A DNA stretch of 64,000 nucleotides, taken from IMG/VR virus record IMGVR_UViG_3300035676_000001; one strand, given 5' to 3'. Shown piece after piece: positions 18,709-27,066 of the stretch. The position numbers were made by a program, and so were the translations under genes. Source of the DNA: a virus. Lineage: Duplodnaviria; Caudoviricetes. Within the stretch, counting starts at the first letter, position 1, and each line of letters starts with the position of its first letter. The notes under the pieces were generated by a model. That model ran no database searches, was not told where the DNA came from, and saw only the letters and a list, made by a program, of their open reading frames with translations.

Positions 18709-18788
18709 AATTTATTTATTATAACATATTTTAAAAAAACCTTCGCGTGAGAAAATTTTGCCGGAAAAATTTCCCCCGATATTTGAAA

Positions 18789-19160
18789 TCACTTACGCTT
18801 TTTGGTTTTGGGTGCTTGATAACCCCAGAGTCTAGGATTCACCCGACCATCTGCCCATTCAATTTTCTTGAGAGCATCACCGAACTTATCCCAGTACATA
18901 TCAAAGATATTAGCCATCTTATTGGACCGAGTAATATCATAAGACATTTTTCCACCACGAACATACGAAACCAAGTGAGCATCACTAGGCAGTTGTGGAT
19001 TCTTGGCGTCTACCTTATTGCAATTCTCTTGAATTACTTCACATCCATAACGAGACCTAGAAAGTTCTTTTTCGTGTGTTGTCCAAACTTCATTTGTCTC
19101 ATTAGTGGATGCCTCTTCTTTTCCTGTCGGCATCTTCTTTCGTGTAATATTCTTTTCCAT
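18789..19160 (-). CDS. Conserved cyanophage hypothetical protein
   Basis: Long ORF in the co-oriented block; PSDAHLVSY..YDITRS..IFDMYWDKF. Confidence 0.65.
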   Translation of the reverse strand: MEKNITRKKMPTGKEEASTNETNEVWTTHEKELSRSRYGCEVIQENCNKVDAKNPQLPSDAHLVSYVRGGKMSYDITRSNKMANIFDMYWDKFGDALKKIEWADGRVNPRLWGYQAPKTKKRK

Positions 19161-19185
19161 TATAATAACTCCAATATATTATGTA

Positions 19186-19824
19186 TCAGGAACGACCTCC
19201 CCAATGAATATCTGGGTAAGCTTCTGAAACAATTTCTTTTGTGACTTTATATTTTGTTTGAAGTTGCTTATCTTTTACCAGACAAATAATCTCTGCTTCA
19301 AGAGGATGCAAACCTTCAAGAATAGTAATGAACATTGATTCTCTACGAATGTTGTTCAGACCATCATTACCACCTTTAATAAAGTGATAGAAGTTCTTGA
19401 ACTCTTTACGAATCGTCGTGCGTTGTTGAGTATCATTAATTCCCAACGAGAACGAACCCGTTTCGTGCATTCTACGAATGTCTTCAGTAATCTTCGTGCT
19501 CAGAGACCCACTATAAGAAGTCTGTTCTGAATATCCAGAATAAGGAACAGCCCCTTCTGGAACCATTGAAATAATACTCTCATCAAAGTTCCAAATAAAG
19601 ATTGCTTTGAGAGAAGGATGCTCATACTTCTTTAAAATCTCTACCTTTTTAGCACTTGAACGCTGTCTGGATACGAGGTCCAGAACTTCAAATGCAAAAG
19701 GATTTTTTGGTAAATCTGGAATAACTGCAGGTTCTTTTGCTGCTACAGTTTTCGCTTTACTCGTCGTCTTCTTCTGTGTCGTCGTACTCATAATCGTAAT
19801 CGCTATTTTCAAATCGGAATGCAA
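19186..19824 (-). CDS. Conserved cyanophage hypothetical protein (likely start MSTTT)
   Basis: LPKNPFAFEVLDLVSRQRS..LKAIFIWNFD..LEGLHPLEAEII. Confidence 0.7.
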   Translation of the reverse strand: MHSDLKIAITIMSTTTQKKTTSKAKTVAAKEPAVIPDLPKNPFAFEVLDLVSRQRSSAKKVEILKKYEHPSLKAIFIWNFDESIISMVPEGAVPYSGYSEQTSYSGSLSTKITEDIRRMHETGSFSLGINDTQQRTTIRKEFKNFYHFIKGGNDGLNNIRRESMFITILEGLHPLEAEIICLVKDKQLQTKYKVTKEIVSEAYPDIHWGGRS

Positions 19825-19993
19825 TCACTTCGTCAGGAATGAGATTGCCTTGGTTATCGAACATTTCTGGGTGTGGTCTAGGGATTTCCCTATAATTCAT
19901 CATATATTCTCTTGCTACCCAACCACCTATAAGTCCCACTATAAGAAACAATACTGTTAGAAAGGAACCGAATACTAGACTAATTGCTAACAT
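19757..19993 (-). CDS. Small single-pass membrane protein with acidic tail
   Basis: N-terminal TM helix; HPEMFDNQGNLIPDE; DYDYEYDDTEEDDE. Confidence 0.65.
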   Translation of the reverse strand: MLAISLVFGSFLTVLFLIVGLIGGWVAREYMMNYREIPRPHPEMFDNQGNLIPDEVIAFRFENSDYDYEYDDTEEDDE

Positions 19994-20231
19994 TTCTTTT
20001 TCTCCGGGAAACTACTTTTCTTTTCCTCGACTTAAAGGAAAACTCAAAATAGATGGTTACCTCCCGATTTAGAAAGCAAACCATCTTCTCAAAGATGATA
20101 TGGAAGGGCTGGGTCTGCTTTCTTTTTCCTCCATTAAGTATCAATTCAATACCACGATTAAAGTGGTCTTCCTTTTTATTTAGGTTCTTATCAGACAATT
20201 TGCTTCTCTTTGAGGAATTTGATGGTCTCAA
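19980..20231 (-). CDS. Hypothetical protein (start uncertain)
   Basis: Fills the gap between grx and the membrane protein; basic. Confidence 0.5.
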   Translation of the reverse strand: MRPSNSSKRSKLSDKNLNKKEDHFNRGIELILNGGKRKQTQPFHIIFEKMVCFLNREVTIYFEFSFKSRKRKVVSRRKRNVSN

Positions 20232-20427
20232 CGGAACCTCCTAACTTCTGGTCGTCACATACTACTTGGGGGAAAGTAGAACCTTTACCAAATTCAGAAT
20301 AGAACTCGTCGCGGGTAAAGTCTTCACCCAAAGTATACACCACAAAGTTACTATTTGTCAATTCAAGAACCTGTTTGACTTTATAGCAATAAGGGCAATC
20401 TTCTTTCGAATAGACAGTAAAATTCAT
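20191..20427 (-). CDS. grx: Glutaredoxin
   Basis: CPYC active site; TFPQV cis-Pro; GG motif. Confidence 0.9.
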   Translation of the reverse strand: MNFTVYSKEDCPYCYKVKQVLELTNSNFVVYTLGEDFTRDEFYSEFGKGSTFPQVVCDDQKLGGSVETIKFLKEKQIV

Positions 20428-20460
20428 TGTTTCTTATAATTTTATAATAATTTATAATAG

Positions 20461-20560
20461 AAAAAAGGAGGGTATAAAACCCTCCTCAGTAACCACCAAC
20501 TCACCTCTCCCACCACAGAGAGGGTCTTCATTCCCAAAGTTACAAGGAATAATTGAAGAC
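20461..20560 (-). ncRNA. Candidate free-standing ~100-nt sRNA (two hairpins plus terminator)
   Basis: Begins ~7 nt after TATAAT; GUCUUC/GAAGAC and CCUCUC/GAGAGG stems; terminator AGGAGGG/CCCUCCU + U tract; no SD-supported ORF. Confidence 0.6.
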
Positions 20561-20566
20561 TTGAAT

Positions 20567-20627
20567 ATTATAAGGTATTTTGAATCAGATGTCAAGGGTT
20601 GACAAGGTATGACTTTATAAGTAGACT
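20567..20627. promoter_or_regulatory. Back-to-back sigma70 promoters (-: TTGACA 20590-20595 / TATAAT 20567-20572; +: TTGACA 20599-20604 / TAGACT 20622-20627)
   Basis: Both have 17-nt spacers; the - strand promoter is a perfect consensus. Confidence 0.75.
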
Positions 20628-20664
20628 CGGTTTGTTGCCGTTGAAGACAAGTTATAAGTCTTTA

Positions 20665-21693
20665 TTATCCTATTAAATAACCCCAGAATGTTGAATGCCC
20701 CGTATAAAAAGAAATACTACTTGGATTACCTGTTCTCGGTTTTATTCCAACAGTATCATTTGCAGATAATTCTAAAATAACGCTACCATTTAACATAATA
20801 TTTGCTGGAGTAGTAGATGAGTTTGTATTCATAAAAATATTAATAGCAGCATCACTACCATAATCCAATTGAGTTCCGTTTTTCCACCAAGTTAATGAAC
20901 TAATGACTGAATTTGGATTCAAATATAACTGAACATAAAATTGATATAATCCTGCTACTGGTGCAGTATAGAGATAAGTTGAGGTATTATATCCAGAATT
21001 TCTATTGCTATTGGCAAATGTTGTATTTAGTGTGTTAAATGGAAAATAACTACCAACGGCAACCGTTATAGTGCCTTGATTACCACTAGCAAGAAATGCT
21101 GGTTGATAAGGCATTTTTACCCTACCACTTGAATCTATAACAAGACGTTCTCTCCATGTAGAATCAGTTCCAAGTTGAGTTATTGAATAGTAGTTACCCG
21201 CATTTGCAAGTCCTGGACTTGATGTTCCTGCTGTCCATTCTGCAGTAGTATTTGAATTGGTATAACGAATGGTATTACTATTACTTGTTAATTGGTGCCC
21301 TATAGTACCTCCTGATCCGGAAGTGTGAAGTAAATAACTTGGATTTGCGGTTCCTATACCTAACCGACCACTACTATCAAACCTAGCCGATTCAGCACCA
21401 CCTTCACCAAACGCTATGGTATCAGCACTGGGAAAAAATATACCAGTGTTTGAGTCTCCACTTGGACTTATTGATGGTGAAGAAGTGGTTCCTGCAGAGA
21501 CTACAATGCCACTAGAAAACGTAGAAACTCCAGAAGAACTTAAAGTATTATTACCAATCTTAATCGTTCCTGACTGAACATCCAAAGCACTCGTTGGTAC
21601 TGACGTTCCGATACCGACTCTACCAGTGGAGTCCTGATAGACTCCGCCAGTACCAGATTGATGTAACCAACGATTGACTCTTATATCGGACAT
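20665..21693 (-). CDS. Tail-fibre protein with C-terminal C1q-like domain
   Basis: GRVGIGT repeats; PYQPAFLA..FNTL..YTAPVAGLYQF. Confidence 0.7.
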   Translation of the reverse strand: MSDIRVNRWLHQSGTGGVYQDSTGRVGIGTSVPTSALDVQSGTIKIGNNTLSSSGVSTFSSGIVVSAGTTSSPSISPSGDSNTGIFFPSADTIAFGEGGAESARFDSSGRLGIGTANPSYLLHTSGSGGTIGHQLTSNSNTIRYTNSNTTAEWTAGTSSPGLANAGNYYSITQLGTDSTWRERLVIDSSGRVKMPYQPAFLASGNQGTITVAVGSYFPFNTLNTTFANSNRNSGYNTSTYLYTAPVAGLYQFYVQLYLNPNSVISSLTWWKNGTQLDYGSDAAINIFMNTNSSTTPANIMLNGSVILELSANDTVGIKPRTGNPSSISFYTGHSTFWGYLIG

Positions 21694-21709
21694 TTATATG
21701 AGTTTTTAG

Positions 21710-21842
21710 ATATTTATAGACCCAACAGTTCTTTGAGTTCTTCTATTGAGAGTCCTGCTGCTTCTAACTTTTGTTGTGGTGTTAGAGGTTCTGGTTCGGG
21801 TTCTGGGTCTAGTGGAAGAGGTTCGTTACCTTCTTCTAACCA
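21710..21842. repeat. 133-bp direct repeat, copy 1 (copy 2 at 38314..38446)
   Basis: Manual alignment: 7 mismatches in 133 nt; includes the stop codon and TATAAATA promoter. Confidence 0.9.
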
Positions 21843-21965
21843 TTTTAGATATTGTTGATAATCAGTATTCGCTGAGTCTGGTGGGATACAAGTAACGCTA
21901 CCATCAAGATGTTTAAGCATTATAAAATCTTCACCCAAAGATGATTTGTAAAAATAGTAAGTCAT
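21714..21965 (-). CDS. Fibre partner/chaperone, class A (PEPEP...LEAAGLSIEELKELLGL)
   Basis: C-terminus nearly identical to 38318..38560; likely start MTYYF. Confidence 0.65.
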   Translation of the reverse strand: MTYYFYKSSLGEDFIMLKHLDGSVTCIPPDSANTDYQQYLKWLEEGNEPLPLDPEPEPEPLTPQQKLEAAGLSIEELKELLGL

Positions 21966-23212
21966 AGTTCTGCGCTCCAAATTACATAGGCAGCATCTGT
22001 ATTATCAGACAACCACCGCCCTCCCGCTGGGGCAGATCCACCGCCAGAACCTCCGCTTAACAGAACAACGCCACCATTAACACTTGCCTGGTCAGCAAGA
22101 ATCGTGGTGAAGTTGGTTGCGCCAGGATCAACAAAAAATGTATTAGCGGCAGACATTGTTACGCTAGGTTTAACCCTCATCGTCACAGGGAAAATAGATA
22201 TGCCGTTTGCTGCCGTACCCGCTGATGAAACAAAATGACCTAATCCGAACAAATAATAAGATTGTCCAGCCGAATTATTTTGTCCGTAGCAATATCTCTG
22301 GCAGAGGGCAAGCTCTTGACCATAGGACCTTCTCTCAAACGGGGTCGCAACGGTTCCTTGTTCTAACTGAACTCCTGTGATGTAAAAGGTTGCATTGAGA
22401 GTTGAAATCAGTTTTGTAGCACCAGTTACTCCATAAAACTCAGATCCAGCCCAAGTATTTGCGGTCCCAACATTGTTAGATCCACAACCCAAATCAAAGC
22501 TAAGGTGCATCCCACGCGCAGTTGTTGTGACCCAAGTTCCAGTTGTATCACCTGGGATTGTTATCGTCTTTCGCTCCCAGGTATCTGCAGCAGAAATTGT
22601 GTAGTTAAATGGGTAAGAACGATTTAGTGCTCCATTACTCAAAGCTCCACTAAATGTGCCGGTAACACTTGAGCGGACGTAAAACGACACTGTTACTGTC
22701 TGAGCAAATGCCGTACCGAACGCAAAATCGGAAACATTGGTTCCTTCAATGCGTTGCGATAGGAAATAGTATTGAGTCGCCCCGACAGAAGAATCTGCCG
22801 TAGTCACAGTTACTTTGAGCGAATTTGCAAACCCAGTTGGGGCTGTTGTTGATTGTTGAACCGTGTAGACTCCATCGGTGGATTGTCCGTAGGCAAAAAA
22901 TCTATCTAAAGTGTAAATGTCGTTTGTGGCGTTAATTGTTACTGCCGCCCCATTATTTCTCTGATCCAACCTCATATCTCCATTAATTATTCTATTCCGG
23001 GTACCGGAAAGAGGACCGTCATTAATAGAGCCAATATAAGCCGTTGTAATGCCAGCAGTTGTTACACCTACAATACTCGTAGCATTTAATGTTGCAAAAG
23101 TAGAAATCCCAGAAACACTCGCAGTATAAGTAATAGTTCCGCCAGCAGTCCCGATAGCGACGTTAGTTCCACTCGCAGGAACGATAGCATTAACTCTGAG
23201 ACTGCTAGCCAT
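21962..23212 (-). CDS. Tail-fibre protein with RNRIINGDM...GTVATPFE carbohydrate-binding-like module
   Basis: Paralogue of 38565..39788. Confidence 0.7.
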   Translation of the reverse strand: MASSLRVNAIVPASGTNVAIGTAGGTITYTASVSGISTFATLNATSIVGVTTAGITTAYIGSINDGPLSGTRNRIINGDMRLDQRNNGAAVTINATNDIYTLDRFFAYGQSTDGVYTVQQSTTAPTGFANSLKVTVTTADSSVGATQYYFLSQRIEGTNVSDFAFGTAFAQTVTVSFYVRSSVTGTFSGALSNGALNRSYPFNYTISAADTWERKTITIPGDTTGTWVTTTARGMHLSFDLGCGSNNVGTANTWAGSEFYGVTGATKLISTLNATFYITGVQLEQGTVATPFERRSYGQELALCQRYCYGQNNSAGQSYYLFGLGHFVSSAGTAANGISIFPVTMRVKPSVTMSAANTFFVDPGATNFTTILADQASVNGGVVLLSGGSGGGSAPAGGRWLSDNTDAAYVIWSAEL

Positions 23213-23232
23213 TTATAAACTCCTTTGTATTA

Positions 23233-23505
23233 TCAACCAGCGAGTGCCGCTGCCGATTCTTGGTTTCTTTGTGCTGCTGTCTTGACCAGACCTTCCGCAT
23301 AAGCCGCTACAACCATATCTGGTTTATTAGTAGCAGTAATTGCTTCATTATTTTCTAATTTAGTCTTAACGTAAAGGTCGCAGATTTCGTCAATCGCAAT
23401 GCGAGCACGATTGGTTGCTGCGTTATCAATCCATTCTTGTGGGTCAGCAGCGACATATTGAAGTGCTAGGTCCTCTGCTTCGGTTAAAGTAATTGTGTAG
23501 TCCAT
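23233..23505 (-). CDS. Small conserved phage protein
   Basis: MDYTITLTEAEDLALQYVAADPQEWIDNA; own late promoter. Confidence 0.6.
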   Translation of the reverse strand: MDYTITLTEAEDLALQYVAADPQEWIDNAATNRARIAIDEICDLYVKTKLENNEAITATNKPDMVVAAYAEGLVKTAAQRNQESAAALAG

Positions 23506-23535
23506 ACGTATATGTAAATCGTTTTGAAGTATTTA

Positions 23536-23844
23536 TTAAGGTTTAGGATATTTATTTTTTACTTCATCAATCATTTCTTTCCAACCATCATAACCTTGAT
23601 GATATAAAGTATCTAGTTGGTCTTGAATAGAAGGATATTCGGAAGCACGGTCTCTTTGATATTGGTTATTATTATATTCTGCTTGAAGTCTTTCTATTTC
23701 TGCTTGAACTTCTTCTTCTGTTGGAGGTGGAAGTTCGTTTTCATCGTGCCAGACTAAATCCTCGTATCCACCACCATAATGTGTCCATTGTGCTCCAGGT
23801 CTTAATGATAATAATGCCTGGGGAATTTTAATAGTATAATTCAT
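23536..23844 (-). CDS. Fibre partner/chaperone, class B (LRPGA..W..PPTEEEV)
   Basis: Paralogue of 25011, 31934 and 41099; ATGA overlap with the upstream fibre gene. Confidence 0.65.
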   Translation of the reverse strand: MNYTIKIPQALLSLRPGAQWTHYGGGYEDLVWHDENELPPPTEEEVQAEIERLQAEYNNNQYQRDRASEYPSIQDQLDTLYHQGYDGWKEMIDEVKNKYPKP

Positions 23845-24518
23845 CCTGATATCTCCCAAACTGTAAATTGATTAGTTCCCCAATCTTTGCTAATATGTCC
23901 ACCAGCACCCCATGAAGATTGAAAATATAAAGTAAATGTTGTAGATGTAGTGCTATTTGCGTTTACATAATGATTAATTACTGCCATTGTATGATTATTA
24001 GATGCATTGGCATCGCTTCTATAAAATAAATTATCATTAGTTGTCGTATTTATTGGTGAACCATCTCTATAAATTTTTGTTGCAACTCCATTATCACCAG
24101 TTCTACCTACAGTATAAAACTTGTTATTGAAACAAAATTGAACAAATAATTTTGAAGATGCTGATATTGGAGTTATGGTTACACTTAAACCAGTGGTTAC
24201 ATAGGTTGAAGAAGTTGTTGAAATTTCTCCACCTTGTCCGTTAGTATTTGCATTAACTACCTGCAAAATACTTCCAGTACTATTCAGAATGGGTTTTCCA
24301 GCAACTGTCTGAATTGCACCCGTCTGTAGTGTAGTTATGGTTGAAACACCACTAGAATTAACGTTACCAGTTATGTTACCTGCAACATTACCAGTTACAT
24401 TGCCGGTTATATTACCAGTCACATTACCAATTAAATTTCCCCGAACATTACTTGTAAAAGTAACACTAGAAACTCCAACATCTGCTTCTATATTATTAAC
24501 TATAATTTTGCTAGTCAT
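23841..24518 (-). CDS. Short tail-fibre protein (GSILQVV...ITPISASSK domain)
   Basis: GNVT repeats; paralogue of 25322 and 41458. Confidence 0.65.
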   Translation of the reverse strand: MTSKIIVNNIEADVGVSSVTFTSNVRGNLIGNVTGNITGNVTGNVAGNITGNVNSSGVSTITTLQTGAIQTVAGKPILNSTGSILQVVNANTNGQGGEISTTSSTYVTTGLSVTITPISASSKLFVQFCFNNKFYTVGRTGDNGVATKIYRDGSPINTTTNDNLFYRSDANASNNHTMAVINHYVNANSTTSTTFTLYFQSSWGAGGHISKDWGTNQFTVWEISG

Positions 24519-24757
24519 ACGATTGTCCAAACTCCTTGTACTGTGACGGTGTAACCAGCACCGACTGTAACTGTTCCGGCAGTGACTCCGTTAGTTCCTA
24601 ATGGTATCGTCACACTCTCATCAATAGTATTTTTGTTTGTTTTAATCACGCCATAACTATCAACCCATTGTGAAGCGCCGTTAATGCTAATTGGGTCTTT
24701 AAAATCAACTGTGCTACCAGTTTGAGAGCGAATGTTTTGAACGTAGATGCGAGTCAT
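24515..24757 (-). CDS. Mini structural protein, tandem paralogue 1
   Basis: QWVDSYGVIKTNKNTIDESVTIPLGTNG. Confidence 0.6.
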   Translation of the reverse strand: MTRIYVQNIRSQTGSTVDFKDPISINGASQWVDSYGVIKTNKNTIDESVTIPLGTNGVTAGTVTVGAGYTVTVQGVWTIV

Positions 24758-24993
24758 ACGATTACCCACTCTCCGTTTACTGTAACTTCATATCCGGGTT
24801 GAACTGTAATGGGACCAGAAGAAAGACCATTGGTTCCTGCTGGAATCGTTACATTTTCAGCAATGGTATCACGGTTAGTTTTAATGACTCCATAAGTATC
24901 CACCCATTGCTTATCACCATTTGCGGTGATGGTTTCTTTGAACTCCGTTGTTGCGGAAGTTGAATCAATAATATTGGCTTTGAGTGTGCTCAT
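24754..24993 (-). CDS. Mini structural protein, tandem paralogue 2
   Basis: QWVDTYGVIKTNRDTIAENVTIPAGTNG. Confidence 0.6.
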   Translation of the reverse strand: MSTLKANIIDSTSATTEFKETITANGDKQWVDTYGVIKTNRDTIAENVTIPAGTNGLSSGPITVQPGYEVTVNGEWVIV

Positions 24994-25010
24994 TGAAGTT
25001 TTTTAAATAT

Positions 25011-25316
25011 TTATTCTGGTTTTGGATACTTTGCCTTGACTTCCATTACTCTTGCGAGCATTTCTTCATAGGCATCTCCACCTTTCCAAATCGCATCAAG
25101 TTGGTCTTTGATATCTGGATACTCTGGTGCTCTTTGTCTTTGATATTCTTTTGCTGCATATTCTGCTTGGAGTCTTTCTATTTCCTGATTGACTTCTTCT
25201 TCTGTTGGTGGTGGCAATTCATTTTCATCAGACCAAACAAGATTGTCATAATCTTCGCCTAATATTGACCAACTTGCTCCAGGTCTTAATGTTTGTAATG
25301 CGTTTGTGATATCCAT
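25011..25316 (-). CDS. Fibre partner/chaperone, class B
   Basis: MDITNALQTLRPGASWSI..ELPPPTEEEVNQEIERL..EYPDIKDQLD. Confidence 0.65.
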   Translation of the reverse strand: MDITNALQTLRPGASWSILGEDYDNLVWSDENELPPPTEEEVNQEIERLQAEYAAKEYQRQRAPEYPDIKDQLDAIWKGGDAYEEMLARVMEVKAKYPKPE

Positions 25317-25321
25317 AAAAA

Positions 25322-26041
25322 TTAAGCTGTAATTTCGAAACAAGTAATAGTAGATATTGTTCTTTTTCCAGTGGTATTATCCCCATCAGTACCAGTTCTA
25401 TTTACAAAAAGAGTACCGCCATTATCATTAATCACATAAACACCATAAGAAGTAGAAGATGTAGTGGCAGGACTATCCACAACAGACCAAGCGAAGGTAT
25501 TATGTTGATTTGCATCACCTGCCCAAGTCAATGGAACATTACATAATTGTCTAGATCCAGCAGCACTGGGTATTTGAATGTTAGTAGATCCATTCCTTCT
25601 AACAAATCCTCCATAAGTTGTGCTTGCTTGAGATACTGAATGGGATAAACTAACTAACACCAATATGTTACTGGAAGATGATGTTGGTGTAATAGTTGCT
25701 GTTAATCCAGTTATGGCAGTCGCTGTCCCATTAGAGACACAAGTAAATGATGTATTTAAAATTCCTTGGACAACTTGTATAATACTTCCAGTACTATTCA
25801 GAATTGGTTTTCCGGCAGTCGTTTGAATCGCTCCTGTTTTTAATGTAGTAATAGTAGAAACACCACTAGAATTTAGATTACCAGTAATATTACCAGTAAC
25901 ATTACCAGTTACATTGCCAACAAAAGTTCCACTACCACCAGAACTCAAAGTAGTTGTACCAATTTTCAAGTCAGTAGCACTGACCGTAACCGTCTGACCT
26001 GTTCCAACTGGTTGAATTGTATTGACGTTCAGAATACTCAT
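25322..26041 (-). CDS. Short tail-fibre protein (GSIIQVV...ITPTSSSSN domain)
   Basis: Shares SGVSTITTL.TGAIQT.AGKPILNSTGSI with 23841. Confidence 0.65.
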   Translation of the reverse strand: MSILNVNTIQPVGTGQTVTVSATDLKIGTTTLSSGGSGTFVGNVTGNVTGNITGNLNSSGVSTITTLKTGAIQTTAGKPILNSTGSIIQVVQGILNTSFTCVSNGTATAITGLTATITPTSSSSNILVLVSLSHSVSQASTTYGGFVRRNGSTNIQIPSAAGSRQLCNVPLTWAGDANQHNTFAWSVVDSPATTSSTSYGVYVINDNGGTLFVNRTGTDGDNTTGKRTISTITCFEITA

Positions 26042-26061
26042 TGGAGTTTTTTAGGTATTTA

Positions 26062-27042
26062 TTATCCTAGTAGATATATTTGTGCTTCCATATGGTAGCT
26101 CGGTTGAGATCCACTTACACCATTCATACCAAAACGAATTGTATCACCTGTAGATAATTTTCTCATTTTATAAACACCATCATTTTGATAAGTATCATTT
26201 AATTCTACAATTTCTTCATATCCACCATTGATTGATAGAACAAAGATATATCTTCCCGCAGCAACATTATCAATCGATGCTTGAGTATTGATGCCATATA
26301 TTCCATCTACTGGGCAGGTAAATGTATAAGTAGAATTGCTCCAATTATTTCCAATATTTTGAGTTGCTGTAGCTTGGAGGATTCCACAAGTTGCAGGTGA
26401 TGATATCAAAGATCCTGAAGCACCATAAGATGTTGTATCTGGAAGTTGGACATATGGTTGTAAAGGTTTTGTTATCCTACCAGAACCATCAATTGTCATT
26501 CTTATTGACGCATTACTGACATCAACAAAACGAAGACTTGGTGATGAAGTGTTGCCATAAGCATCAATATACCAACCAGTTGCATTATCAGTTGATCTAC
26601 CAAAACTAATTTGCCCACCTTCACTTGCAGTATCAACTCTTCCTGCTTTAATTTCTCCACCAACGACTTCAAGTTTTTGTGATGGGAATGCGGTTCCTAT
26701 GCCAACCAAACCACCAGTAGTTGTGGTAATTATAGTTCCACCGACACCAACATTTAATGTAGTAACTGTCGTAACACCACTGGTTGAGTTAACATTTCCA
26801 GTTAAATTACCACTAAAACCACCCGTAGCAGTTACAATACCAGCAAACGTGACTCCATTATTAGCATTAACTGTAAAAGTATTTCCTGTTGTATTAATTC
26901 CTACCGTTGTAATACCAGAAGTCTTACCATCAATCTGTACCAAAACTCTTCCCTGCGAGCTGGTAACTTTAACCTTCTCATCAATAGTAGGACTTGAAGC
27001 ATCTGCCTTTGCTTCTATATTACTAACGCGGAGAGTGCTCAT
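26062..27042 (-). CDS. Tail-fibre protein with degenerate C1q-like tip
   Basis: GLVGIGT..QKLEV; TYTFTCPVDGIYG. Confidence 0.6.
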   Translation of the reverse strand: MSTLRVSNIEAKADASSPTIDEKVKVTSSQGRVLVQIDGKTSGITTVGINTTGNTFTVNANNGVTFAGIVTATGGFSGNLTGNVNSTSGVTTVTTLNVGVGGTIITTTTGGLVGIGTAFPSQKLEVVGGEIKAGRVDTASEGGQISFGRSTDNATGWYIDAYGNTSSPSLRFVDVSNASIRMTIDGSGRITKPLQPYVQLPDTTSYGASGSLISSPATCGILQATATQNIGNNWSNSTYTFTCPVDGIYGINTQASIDNVAAGRYIFVLSINGGYEEIVELNDTYQNDGVYKMRKLSTGDTIRFGMNGVSGSQPSYHMEAQIYLLG

Positions 27043-27066
27043 TCCCTTATAATATCTTTCTAATAT

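Noticed and set aside
20442-20531. 29-codon ORF (MKTLSVVGEVSWWLLRRVLYPPFFYYKLL) across the candidate sRNA
   Set aside because: No SD sequence, and it runs through the terminator; the structured-RNA reading is more parsimonious, though not proven
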